Positions 38,501 through 50,597 are shown, counted from the stretch's first letter. The stretch: 64,000 nucleotides of DNA from Basidiobolus meristosporus CBS 931.73 (GCA_002104905.1 MCFE01000079.1:62001-126000); one strand, 5' to 3'. Numbers and translations: made by a program. Notes: generated from the letters alone by a model not told the origin.

Positions 38501-41500
38501 TATTTTGTTGAGTGGGAGTGTTGTAATTATTAAGTTGTCACCAAAATATTCATGCTAACTTAGTCACATAGACTTTATTTTTTGAATAGCAGTTTGTCCT
38601 GACCAAATTTCTTGTTGGGACTTAGAATATTTTCACCAAATTGTCAGGTATCCAGATTATTATTTTTCTCAAAGTCGTCCAAAAGACCCCAAACCTTGCA
38701 CACATATTCTTGGGACCTTCCTTAACAGACTCTACACGTTTGTTTCCTCTACTTTATCAAAAGTATAAATACCATACTTTTGATCAATAAATCTACAAGT
38801 GAATAACATGTAAATCCTCTGGTTCTCCACATCACTTCCAATACTCCTCAGAATATTGCAACACACAATCCCTTGGAAGAATGCTATAATTGTATCAAGT
38901 GTTTTGATACTGAAGCCAGTGTACCAGGAGCTAAATATGGAGCTGTTAGATGTGCTATCACTCTGTTTAAGTCTCAAAACAGTGCAAGAATGTATTATAC
39001 TAATTCAGCAAAATCAACTCAAGAAGATTCTACTGCCAGCCAAAAGAGTGAAGCATATAATTTCAAGCCTGATTGAAGTATACAACCAAGCAACAGTTGG
39101 TCAGTACACAGCTAAGAGCCACTCAGAAGATAACATAGTACTTTATACTTGTTATATATATATCACTTATTACAGTGGGAGAAAACACTTGGTGATATTT
39201 AACTTCTCTGGATCAGATCAGAAGAATTTTGATTGATCAAATCACTGCCAGGCTACACAACTCAAAATACTGATATATTGGAGTCTGATACCAAAGTATT
39301 GATGAAGCTAGCTATCAAATGCAGTTTACCTGATCAAATTTGGTCAACTCTGTCAAAAGTTATGACTGATCTAAGTGGATGCCAATTTTGATTATTTCAC
39401 TTGCAAATAGTCAGATATTCTGGAACAATGATGCATGGAGACTCTTGTGCTCAAAAACACCGTGATCCCACCTGCAAGAAAGTCCAGAACCACCCCACAA
39501 AAGGAATTATCCCTGGGTCATCAGCAGAAAAAGAAAAGAAGAAAAAATGGAAAATACTACTACCGCAAACTAGGGTACTTCCCAAATGGAGCCAAAGCTT
39601 ATGTAGGCCATATTTGGACTATCTGGCAATGCAAATATGCTCTATAGAGCCTCTTGTGCAAAGTGTTCAAGCCAGAATCCCCAGAAGACCCTTGAAACCT
39701 CAACAGGATCTGTGAGATATTGTAGTATATATTGGAACAGATTATTTAATGCAGAAGTCTTGATGTCTGCTGTCTATGGAGCTAGAAGAAAAAGGTGCAA
39801 GGATCAACCAAGATGATTTTATGGATTCTGCAGACACTGAGAAGATCAGTTAGCCTTTCAAACCAAGCTCAAGGTTGAAAATAACTATCAGGAGAATAAG
39901 GATAATAAAAGCCTGTGTTAAGGAGAATCTCACTTCTGAAAAAGTGCCAATATCTATTCTGCAAGTATATCCTGGTAAGACAAAAGCAGCTGTATCAGTC
40001 CAAATCAGTAGAAGCACTCTAAGAATAGCTATCAAACAACCTATGGTGTTGTCCAATACCAAACTGGGTAAATTAAGAAGCAAATGGACTTTGAATCTAC
40101 CACAAATGTGTTGTAAAAGTTTGGAATTCCACCTAAATATTCACCTGACTTAGTCACTTAGATCATCACCTTCAAATCCTAGAGAATACTGACCAAATTC
40201 CTTGTTGGGATTTACTTAGAATATTTTCACCAAATACCAGGTACCCAGAACATGAAAATTCTCAAAGTTGTCCAAACAGCCCCAAACTTTGCACACATGT
40301 TCTTGGGACCCTCCTTAACCTATTCTACATGTTTGTAATGCCAAGACCAGGTAAAAGTATAAAAACTACTTTTACATTCAATAAATCATTAAGTGAAAAC
40401 CACAAAATCTACTTGTTCTCCAAATCACTTCCAATATCTCCAAGACTCTTACAACAGGTTATGAGCCCCAAGCTGTCACTCTCTGCAATGTCTACTACTG
40501 CAATTACTGGAATTTTTTCCTCTGCTGAAAAGTTGGATGGATCTAACTACCAAGTGTGGAAGGTGAAGATGAAGATGCTGCTACAAGAAAGGGGCCTTTG
40601 GGATATTGTCATGGGTGAAGAATGCCCTCCTAAAAACATGGGAGAGGAAGCCTTAAAGTACCAGAAGAAAGATCAAAGTGCCTTTAACTGCATTTGCCTT
40701 AATGTTAAGGACAAATTGCTAATTCAATGCTCAAGAGCAAAAACGGCAAAGAATGCCTGGAAAGCATTAGAGGACACCTACCAGTCATGTTCAGCTGCTA
40801 AGAAGATGTATCTGAGACAAAAATTCTTTACTACAAAGATGCTGCCAGGAGAAGAAATGAAAAATCTAATTAACAGAATTACCCTGCTGGTAGATGAGAT
40901 GGAATCTGTGGGCTTACCAACTACTGATGAGGATGTGACAGTTACCATCCTGAATAGCCTGACAGACAAGTTTCAGGGCCTTGTATCAGCCCTAGAGTTC
41001 AGAACTGAAGATTTGACCTTAAATACATATATGAAAGGCTCCTGGATGAAGAATTAAGAAAATCAAGCGCCAATAAGAAGGAAGAAGAAAATGCTTTAAT
41101 AAGCAATGATAACCAACAAAGGAGGTACCCAAGACCCTACAAAGGCAACAGCAACCTGTTTTGTAACTACTGCAAAAGGAAAGGACACACATCAAACTGG
41201 TGTCTCAAAAAGAAAGATAATCAGCAAAAGAAGCCTGAATATGGAAATGCTGCAACAACTGAAGATAGACTATTCATATCTGCACTAAATATGACCACAA
41301 ACAAGGATTCTGAGACGTGGTATATTGACTCTGGAGCATCTCAACACTTTACACACCAAAAAGGACTTTTTACCCAATATCAAGAAATTCCAATTAAGAA
41401 GGTTTTCATGGGTGATGATAGAACACTTGATGCAGTGGGAGAAGGAACTATTCAAGTAAACCTTAGAAGCAGTGAAGGAAGCCATACACTGACCTTTAAA

Positions 41501-44500
41501 GAAGTACTCTATGTACCAGAAATAGCCAAGAACCTACTCTCTGTAGGCAAGGTCACAGCAGAAGGACTCAGTTTCAGTTTTGACAATTCTGGATGCAGGA
41601 TCACTGATCAAAATGGTGCCCATATTGCATTGGGCATCAGAGATCAAAATCTATACAAGTTGACTTATATTCCATCATATCTGGAAGCCAATATAAGTAA
41701 CTTAAATGAAGAAACACCAATGCTTTGGCACTGGGATTTGGGCACATCAATTTTGATTATTTGCGTATAATGATCAAAGATCAGCTAATTTCTGGAGTGA
41801 AAATTGATCCCCCAGCTAATTTGGAGCACTGTGAAGCCTGCATATATGGGAAACAAGCCAGACAACTGTTCAAGAGCCCTGGGTTAATCAAAACTAAGAA
41901 AAAATTAGATCTAATTCACTCAGATCTGTGTGGATCTATGCAAAATTTATCCTTAGGCGGGATGAAGTATTTAATCACTTTTATTGATGATTATACAAGA
42001 TACACATGGGTCTACTTCATGGAGAGAAAGGAAGAAGCTCTGTCTAAGTTCAGGGAGTTTAAAGCCATGGTGGAGAGAGAAACTGGTGAAAAAATCAAGA
42101 AAATACGCTCTGACAATGGTGGAGAATATACCTCAAAACTCTTCATCCACTTCTGCAAAATTCATGGGATAAAGCAAGAGACTACTGTACCATACTCCCC
42201 ACAGCAAAATGGAGTAGCAGAACAAGCTAACAGATCAATAATTGATATGGCAAGATCTATGATCCATGATCAAAAATTATCCTATGATTTTTGGGCGGAA
42301 TCAGTTGCCACTGCTGTATACCTTAAAAATAGGAGTTATAACAGAATACTTTGTGATTCTACTCCATTTGAAGCATGGTATGGATACAGACCAAGTGCAG
42401 AACATCTAAGAATATTTGGGTGTACAGCATATGCCTAAAAACTGGCCGGCAATCAGTCAAAATTTGAGCCAAAAAGTGAAAAATGCATATTTTTGGGCTA
42501 CTGCAATGAGAGTAAGGCATACAGACTCTACAATACCAAAGCAAAGAAGCTTATCAAGTCCAGGGATGTGTTGTTTGATGACAATTCAAAATTTTCACAA
42601 AAAATGACATCAGATGATGACAAAAATTTGATCTCAAGTGCACCAATTGTCAGGATTGAATCAGAGCAGAGCAATGAAAGTTTTTTCACTCCAGAGGACT
42701 CTACAGCCATGGTTCAGCCAGAATCAGTGCCCAGGAACATCCCAGAAGTGATCATTCCAGTATCAAATGCCCGGAGATCAAATTGGACAAGAAATAGCCC
42801 AAATTACTATATCAATGAGGGTACAAACTTAGCCTATGCCTATTCAGTCCATATTGATGAACCCCAGACTGTAAAAGAGGCCCTAAATAGCCCTCAAACA
42901 AAGTTTTGGAGATCTGCAATGACTGAGGAATATCAGGCACTGATGGAAAATCAAACTTGGGACTTAGTCAAATCAATCAACCAAAAATCAATTGGATGCA
43001 GATGGGTCTTCAAGACAAAATACAAGGCTGATGGTACAATTGAAAGATACAAAGCAAGACTTGTAGCCAAAGGATACTCTCAAACAAAAGGACTTGACTA
43101 TACTGAGGCCTTTGCACCGGTAGCCAAGTTTAATTCCATCAGATTAATTTTGGCTATTGCAGCAAAATATAAGTTTTTTATTCATCAAATGGATGTAAAC
43201 ACTGCATTTTTGAATGGAGAACTTGATGAGGACATGTATATGGACCAGCCTGATGAGTTTGTTGACCAAAATAACCCCCATTTGGTCTGTGAGCTTAAAA
43301 AGTCACTGTATGGTCTCAAACAATCACCAAGAGCCTGGAATTGCAAGATAGATTCTTATTTGGAATCTTTGAGTTTCAAAAGAAGTAATGCTGACTATAG
43401 TATATACTATAACCCAGATAGAGCAAATCCAGTTCTATTAGCTCCATATGTGGATGATCTTATTATAGCCGCCAATAACCTGGAAACATTGGAAGAAACC
43501 AAATCCAGCCTATCTAAGGAGTTCAAGATGTTTGATTTGGGAGAACTTAGTTACTACTTAGGGATTAAGTTCTCCATAGACAGAAGTACCCAGACTATTA
43601 CCCTAAGCCAATCCAAGTGTATTCAAGATATACTAAAGAAGTACAAAATGGAAGACTGTAAACCGGCAGCTACCCCAATGGAGACAAACCTTAGCTTGGT
43701 CAAAACTCAACCAAATCAAGAGAGCTTGGTGCCATCTGAAAGCCCTGACCTTCCTTATCAGTCTATGGTCGGCAGTCTGATGTATATTATGTTTGGAACA
43801 TGTCCAGATATCTCATATTCAGTGGGAGTTGTCAGCCAACATAATCAGAACTATGGATCTGATCATATTGCAGCAGTTAAGCGGATTTTTAGATACCTAA
43901 AAGGAACTGCTGATATCTGCTTAAGATACACCTATAAGGACTCAGAACAAGATCTTGTGGGATACTCTGATGCAGATTGGGGACAAAATTTGGAAGACAG
44001 AAGATCCACCACAGGATACACCTTTCTTTACTGTAAAGGAGCAATTTCATGGAATTCAAGAAAGCAACCAACCGTAGCACTTTCTACTACAGAGGCAGAG
44101 TATATGGCAGCCTGTGAAGCTACAAAAGAAGCAATGTGGTTAAGAAAGCTCTTTACAGATTTAGGCCTATGTCAAAAAACGCCTATTACTTTATTTCAAG
44201 ATAATCAAGGATGTATACAATTAGGTAGAAATCCAACTTTTCATGCTAGAACCAAGCACATAGATATTAGACATCATTTCATATGAGAAGCTATAGAGAA
44301 TAACTTAGTTAGCTTAGTTTACTGTCCTACAGATGAAATGATTGCAGACATGTTTACCAAACCATTAGCTAGAGATAAGTTTGAATATCTTAGGTCAAAA
44401 TTAGGACTAGTCAGTATGAGCATTTAGCTGAGTGGGAGTGTTGTAAAAGTTTGGAATTCCACCTAAATATTCACCTAACTTAGTCACTTAGATCATCACC

Positions 44501-45875
44501 TTCAAATCCTAGAGAATACTGACCAAATTCCTTGTCAGGATTTACTTAGAATATTTTCACCAAAATACCAGGTGCCCAGAACATGAAAATTCTCAAAGTT
44601 GTCCAAACAGCCCCAAACTTTGCACACATGTTCTTGGGACCTTCCTTAACCTATCCTACATGTTTGTAATTCCAAGACCAGGTAAAAGTATAAATACTAC
44701 TTTTACATTCAATAAATCATTAAGTGAATACCACAAAATCTACTTGTTCTCCAAATCACTTCCAATATCTCCAAGACTCTTTCAACAAAATGAAGTAATC
44801 ACTCCCAAGAAAGTTATTGCTACTTAAAGAAGACAAAGATGACCATTCTAAATCATTTTTGTGGATCTGAATAACTAAACATATGTGGTTCAAGTGGCAG
44901 CAGGCCATCCTAGCTCAGAGTTGAGCAAAAACCTTTTTTTGGCCATGTTTGTATGTGCCGCTGTGCCAGGAAATAGGGACAATTTAGATCAAGCGTAAAT
45001 GACAAAACCTTAACTTGGCCCAATATAGGTCACTACTTTTACCTCATATAGAGTCTATATGATGAAAGTAACTGTCCCTGAGCCAAATATGGGCATACAG
45101 TGAAGTTGTCTAAATGGATTAGACTGTTGGCTGGAAATAAGGAAACTCCAGATCTGCTGTAAATGACAAAACTTTAACTTGACCAAAAGTGGGTCACATT
45201 TGCTCAAATAAGAAGCATTGGATAGCCCAGAGGCTATATATCATTATTACAATCTGTCAATTAGACTCAGCTTACTTTTCAAGCCCGTACAACTGATCAA
45301 AGTTCATGATTAGTATTATGCTCAGATCATTCAAATTTTTAGGCATACTATCAAGTAGATTTGCACATTGAGTTCCAAGTTACTTGTTCAATTAAGATGA
45401 ACACAAATGCATACACTCTTGGATAATACATTAGTCCAGTATGCAATATGGTCAAAATCTTACATGCTTATTACAGATTGCACACTCTCAATATGTATTT
45501 ATTACTCATGAATATTTTGTTGAGTGGGAGTGTTGTAATTATTAAGTTGTCACCAAAATATTCATGCTAACTTAGTCACATAGACTTTATTCTTTGAATA
45601 GCATTTTGTCCTGACCAAATTTCTTGTTGGGACTTAGAATATTTTCACCAAATTGTCAGGTATCCAGATTATTATTTTTCTCAAAGTCATCCAAAAGACC
45701 CCAAACCTTGCACACATATTCTTGGGACCTTCCTTAACAGACTCTACACGTTTGTTTCCTCTACTTTATCAAAAGTATAAATACCATACTTTTGATCAAT
45801 AAATCTACAAGTGAATAACATGTAAATCCTCTAGTTCTCCACATCACTTCCAATACTCCTCAGAATATTGCAACA
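35561..45875 (+). mobile_element. Three-LTR tandem of a non-autonomous copia-like family E, inserted in the D2 gag
   Basis: LTR-E at 35561-35907, 38519-38863 and 45531-45875. PBS GGTTATGAGCCC only after the first LTR. PPT GAGTGGGAG before LTR2 and LTR3. Flanks CATAC and GATAC (the empty site in D1 is GATAC). Internal 36534-38518 is repeated at 38864-40108 plus 44793-45530. Confidence 0.88.
40109..44787 (+). mobile_element. Full-length but frameshifted Ty1/copia element (D1), 5-bp TSD AAATG
   Basis: LTRs at 40109-40456 and 44439-44787. AAATG at 40104-40108 and 44788-44792 (single AAATG in the paralogous site at about 37773). PBS at 40457-40468. Domains: gag KLDGSNYQVWK, CNYCKRKGH, protease WYIDSGASQH, integrase IHSDLCG/RSDNGGEY, RT HQMDVNTAFL/YVDDL, RNase H YSDADW. 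Lesions near 41020, 41735, 42436 and 44284. Confidence 0.96.
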
Positions 45876-48441
45876 GATACAACGCCCTGAAACATGTCTG
45901 TCAGGCTATTCAGGATGGTAACTATCACATCCTCATCAGTAGTTGGTACACCCACAGATTCTGTTTCATCTACTAGCAGGGTAATTCTGTTAATTAGATT
46001 TTTCATTTCTTCTCCCGGCAGCATCTTTGTAGTAAAGATTTTTTGTCTCAGATACATTTTCTTAACAGCTGAACATGACTGGTAGGTGTCCTCTAATGCT
46101 TTCCAGGCATTCTTTGCCATTATTGCTCTTGAGCATTGAATTAGCAATTTGTCCTTAACATTAAGGCAAATGCAGTTAAAGGCACTTTGATCTTTCTTCT
46201 GGTACTTTAAGGCTTCCTCTCCCATGTTTTTAGGAGGGCATTCTTCTCCCATGACAATATCCCAATGGCCTCTTTCTTGTAGCAGCATCTTCATCTTCAC
46301 CTTCCACACTTGGTAGTTAGATCCATCCAACTTTTCAGCAGAGGGAAGAATTCCAGTAATAGCAGTAGTAGACATTGCAGAGAGTGACAGCTTGGGGATC
46401 ATAACCTGCTATAAGAGTCTTGAAGATATTGGAAGTGATTAGGAGAACAAGTAGATTATGTGGTTTTCACTTAATGATTTATTGAATGTAAAAGTAGTAT
46501 TTATACTTTTACATGGTCTTGGCTTAACAAACACATAAAATAGGTTAAGGGAGGTCTCAAGAGCATGTGTGCAAAGCTTGGAGCTGCTTGAACAACTTTG
46601 AGAATTTTTCATGTTCTGGGTACCTGGCATTTTGGTGAAAATATTCTAAGTAATTCCCAACAAGGAATTTGGTCAGTATTCTCTGGGATATGAAGGTAAT
46701 GATCTAAGTGACTAAGTTAGGTGCATATTTAGGTGGAAATACAAATCTTTACAACAACTAATACCTTTGCACAAGTAGCCAAGTTTAATTTCATTAAATT
46801 AATGTAGGCAATTGCAGCCAAATATAAGTTTTCTATACATCAAATGGATGTACAAGCTGCATTTTTGAATGAAGAACTTGCAGAGGACCTGTACATAGAC
46901 CAGCCTTATAGGTTTACTAACCAGGACAACCACCATTTGGTCTGCTAGCTTAAAAAATCTCTGTATAGACTCAAACAATCACCATGAGCCTGGAATTGCA
47001 AGATAAATTTTTAATAGGAATCTTTGAGTTTCAAAAGAATTACTGCTGACTACAGTATATATTATATGCCAGATAGGGCAAATCCAGTACTATTAGCTCT
47101 ACAGGTGGATAATTGCATTAGAGCCACCAATAATCTAGAAACATTGGAAGAGACTAAATCCAGCCTATCTAAGGAGTTCAAGAAATCCAATCTAGGAGAA
47201 CTCAGTTACTACTTAGGGATCAAGTTCTCCATAGACAGAAGTACCCAGACTATCACATTAAGCCAGTCCAAGTATACTCAAGATATACTAAAGAAGTACC
47301 AAATGGAAGACTTTAAACCAGAAGCTATCCCAATGGTGACAAACCTTAACTTGGCCAATACTCAACCTAATCAAGAGATCTTGGTGCCATCTGAAAGCCC
47401 TGACTTTCCTTATCAATTAATGATCAGCAGTCTGATGCATATCATACTTGGAATATGTCCAGATATCTCATATGCAGTGGGAGTTGTCAGTCAGCATAAT
47501 CAGAACTTTGGATCTGATCATATTGTAGCTGTTAAGCAGTTTTTCAGATACCTAAAAGAAATTACTGATATCTGCTTGAGGTAAGCCTATAAGGACTCAA
47601 AACAGGATCTTGTGGGATACTCTGATGTGGATTGGGGACAAAATTTGATGACAGAAGAAGCTACCATAGGATACACCTTTATGTACTATAAAGGTGCAAT
47701 TTCCTGGAATTCAAGAAAGCAACCATCCATGACACCTTCCACCACAGAGGCAGAGTATATGGCAGCTTGTGACACTGCAAAAGGATCACTGTGGTTAAGG
47801 AAGCTTTTTAAAGATTTGGGCTTATGTCAAAAAATGCCTACTACTTTATTTCAAGATAATCAAGGATGTATATGGTTAGGTAGAAATCCAACTTTTCATA
47901 CCAGAACAAAGTATAAAGATAGTAGATATCCTTTCATATGTGAAGCTATAGAAAGTAACTTTGTTATCTTAGTGTACTGTCCTACAGATAAAATGATTGC
48001 AGACATATTTACCAAACCATTAGCCATAGACAAGTTTGAATATCTTAGGTCAAAATTAGAACTAGACATTATAAGCATATAGTTGAGTGGTAGTGTTGTA
48101 GAAGTTTGGAATTCCACCTCAATATTGAGCTAACTTAGTCACTTAGATCATTACTTATGAGTTCTAGGGAGTACTGACCAAATTCCTTGTAGGGATTTAC
48201 ATAAAACATTTTCACAAAAATATCAGGTACCCAGAACATGAAAGTTCTCAAAGTTGTCCAAACAGCCCCAAGCTTTTCACACATGCTCTTGGACCTTTGT
48301 AAACCTATTCTACGTGTTTGTTATTCCAAGACCATGTGAAAGTATAAACACTACATTTACATTCAATGAATCATTGAGTGAAAGCCACATGATCTACTTA
48401 TTCTCCTAATCACTGTGAATATCTTCAAGACTCTTACAACA

Positions 48442-48890
48442 CAAACATCCCAAACTTCGCACTCAAGTTCTTGGGACCTACCTAGACATACTATACATGT
48501 TTGCTTTGCCAAGAGCATGTAAACGTATAAATACTACTTTTACATGCAATAAACCATTGAGTGAAACCACATAACCTTCCTGTTCTCACAATCACTTCCA
48601 ACATCTTCAAAACTCTTACAGCATGTTGAAGGTCAAGGTGGCATCTATTTGCTGACAAGGTCTTAGCAGAAAGCATGAAGTATAGATTAAAGAAGGTCCT
48701 AGGTGCATGTATGCAAAGCTCGAGGTCTTTGAATAACCTTGAAAACATTCATGTCCTGGGCACCCAACATTATGGAGAAAACGTTTCAAGAAAATGCTGG
48801 CAAAAAATAATCAAGTCCATAGGCTAGAATGTAGGTGACAAAAAGTTGATGTGGGCCCTTAGGTATATATATGGAATTCCCATCACGGTG
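48442..48890. repeat. Degenerate LTR-D-related fragments (direct at 48442-48623, inverted at about 48680-48890) at the edge of the TE block
   Basis: Contain gttcttgggacc, gtataaatactactt and tcacttccaa blocks, and the reverse complements of ggaattcc and aaagttgtcc-like blocks. Confidence 0.65.
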
Positions 48891-49191
48891 AAGTGGACAT
48901 TCTATTGTTGGGATTACCATTAATATGAGTCGACACAGTCAAGTAGATATCGTATATCTCGAGGGAATCCAAACAGCTACTTGGTAGTACAAGGCGATTT
49001 TTTTCTTTGATTCATATTTGCATCTGCCCCAGGATATCCACCGTAGTGCTCTAAACGGGAAAACAAGTCTTGAAAGCTGGACCCATTAGTAATCAGCGGG
49101 TGAGTCATTCTGCATCAGGCAAGCCAACCCTGAGGAGATATAAGCGGGCGAATCCAGACGTTGTTCTTCACTCTTACATCCCATCTTACTA

Positions 49192-49863
49192 ATGTATCCC
49201 ATCCCCGCCAACTCTGCCTGCACTTCGGCCACCCAGGAGCCGCCATCCTACACTCCGGATAGCAGAAGTCAGGCACAGCTGGAAGTGATGCCTCCGCCCT
49301 CCTATAGCTTAGTTGATATCCCGTTGATTATATTTAGTCTGAAGCTCACGTATTCCTCGGTACGGATGCGCTCAGCCAACCTTCCCGATCAACTTGATGT
49401 TAGATCGATCGAGAATAATTTGCCCTTGTATTTAGTTAATAAATGCTTCTTTGACAACATGACCTCGACCTTTTCTTTAGCCGATTCATTTACTAACAGG
49501 ACGATAGTCAATGCGACGAAAGACCTAAGGAAATCGAACCACTTCGTGATCCAAGACGAATCGCGGATGATCCCGTTGAAGTCGACATCGATCTTTCGGT
49601 CAGTCTACGAGTTTACCTGGAAAACTCGGAGGTTCCGATGGTGCTTTGACGAAGACGATCTGTGCTGTAGCTTCCTTTCAGTCGACCCACTGGGGAGGGA
49701 GGTTAATCGCCTAGTGGGTGGAGTGAGCTTCACCCGCAGGGAAACCCAGGTGGGCAGGTTGTGGATGTTTCAGAACGACTTGCTCATCAGCGCTCAATTC
49801 GAGCCCATCTTCATCATCACCGCAGCACTGGTGATGGTAGAAGCAGATAGACTAAGGATATAG
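49192..49863 (+). CDS. Uncharacterised 223-aa protein with two N-terminal PY (PPxY) motifs and a predicted beta-rich domain with a C-terminal helix
   Basis: Intact ORF with a TATA-like element at about 49138. Motifs EPPSY and PPPSY. A DUF6593/tubby-like fold is a guess only. Confidence 0.7.
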   Translation: MYPIPANSACTSATQEPPSYTPDSRSQAQLEVMPPPSYSLVDIPLIIFSLKLTYSSVRMRSANLPDQLDVRSIENNLPLYLVNKCFFDNMTSTFSLADSFTNRTIVNATKDLRKSNHFVIQDESRMIPLKSTSIFRSVYEFTWKTRRFRWCFDEDDLCCSFLSVDPLGREVNRLVGGVSFTRRETQVGRLWMFQNDLLISAQFEPIFIITAALVMVEADRLRI

Positions 49864-50597
49864 GTAAGCAACACGGCGTTGATTTTGTCTTGAACCAACT
49901 AACCCCTAACCACTTTGTTAGCATTGCCCTACACCTCCCCGCATAGATACCCATCATTGCTTCACCTCATCGTCAATAAATTCGATTTCAACTACCGCCG
50001 GTTGCTTACCTGAAATGCTTGTTTACCTGGATTTACTCCATAGCGCTGGTTAAATCTTCCATTTTCGGTATATTCATTGACTGCTAACTGGTCCAGTGAA
50101 ATTCCGATGATTTGCGATGCCCGGGGCCGACGGTCATTCCGTTGTCGGCAGTATTTCCTGTTCATCGCTACAATCCAGGAATTCTCTGGCTGTTGATTGG
50201 CAGTTCTACATTTCGCGTGTGAACCGCATATCACTGGTGTCGGTGTAGAGAACGGGCAACAGAGACGGGGATTTGAAACACCGATCAACACATGATGCCT
50301 GCAAGAAATGGGCCAGCCTTTGGCGAGCGGGTATGACGTTGTACAGCGGGTGAAGACCATATGATACCAGTGAAGAACATACGGTAGGATATTTATATTT
50401 GTGGCCCCTTTTTGCTGGATCAATCCTGGATTTGGGTGACTAGTTTTCTCACCCGTTATATATCTCCATCGTTGTCAGGTAGTCTTCTAGTAAGTGTAAA
50501 TCTTCCTACTCCTTGCTAAAGCTCAGCTCGGTTTATAGGTTGCAGTGCTGCTTTCCCTCCACCCACCCTCAGTACCAGTTATTATCTCCAGCTCAGT

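Larger units (their letters stand above)
27170..46756 (-). mobile_element. Ty1/copia family D element (D2), 5-bp TSD ACTAA, itself interrupted twice
   Basis: LTRs at 46407-46756 and 27170-27516. ACTAA at 27165-27169 and 46757-46761. PBS GGTTATGATCCC (46395-46406). Gag at 45876-46402, continuing at 35560. Pol at 33421-35230 and 27528-28833. Confidence 0.92.
26184..48441 (+). mobile_element. Outer Ty1/copia family D element (D3), split by a 19.6-kb nest
   Basis: LTR-D at 26184-26532 and 48094-48441. Integrase and RT start at 26593-27169 end at GLDYT and resume at 46762 (TFAQVAKF), continuing through RNase H (47612-48082). Gag and protease are missing. Pairing of the two LTRs is not proven. Confidence 0.7.

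Noticed and set aside
1-48300. RIP as the cause of TE decay
   Set aside because: The diagnosable lesions are CpG to TpG/CpA, and CA/TG dinucleotides are abundant rather than depleted. This is the opposite of classical CpA-to-TpA RIP.
1-48900. Calling the TE block a centromere
   Set aside because: It is compatible with pericentromeric heterochromatin, but no sequence feature here proves it. CENP-A ChIP or Hi-C would be needed.
48890-49190. tRNA gene or TFIIIC B-box insulator at the boundary
   Set aside because: No cloverleaf or GTTCRANYC-type box found on either strand.
49992-50423. 143-aa minus-strand ORF between two plus-strand genes
   Set aside because: No recognisable motif and a weak start. 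Splice-like signals exist on both strands, but I could not build a coherent gene. An lncRNA or UTR exons remain possible.
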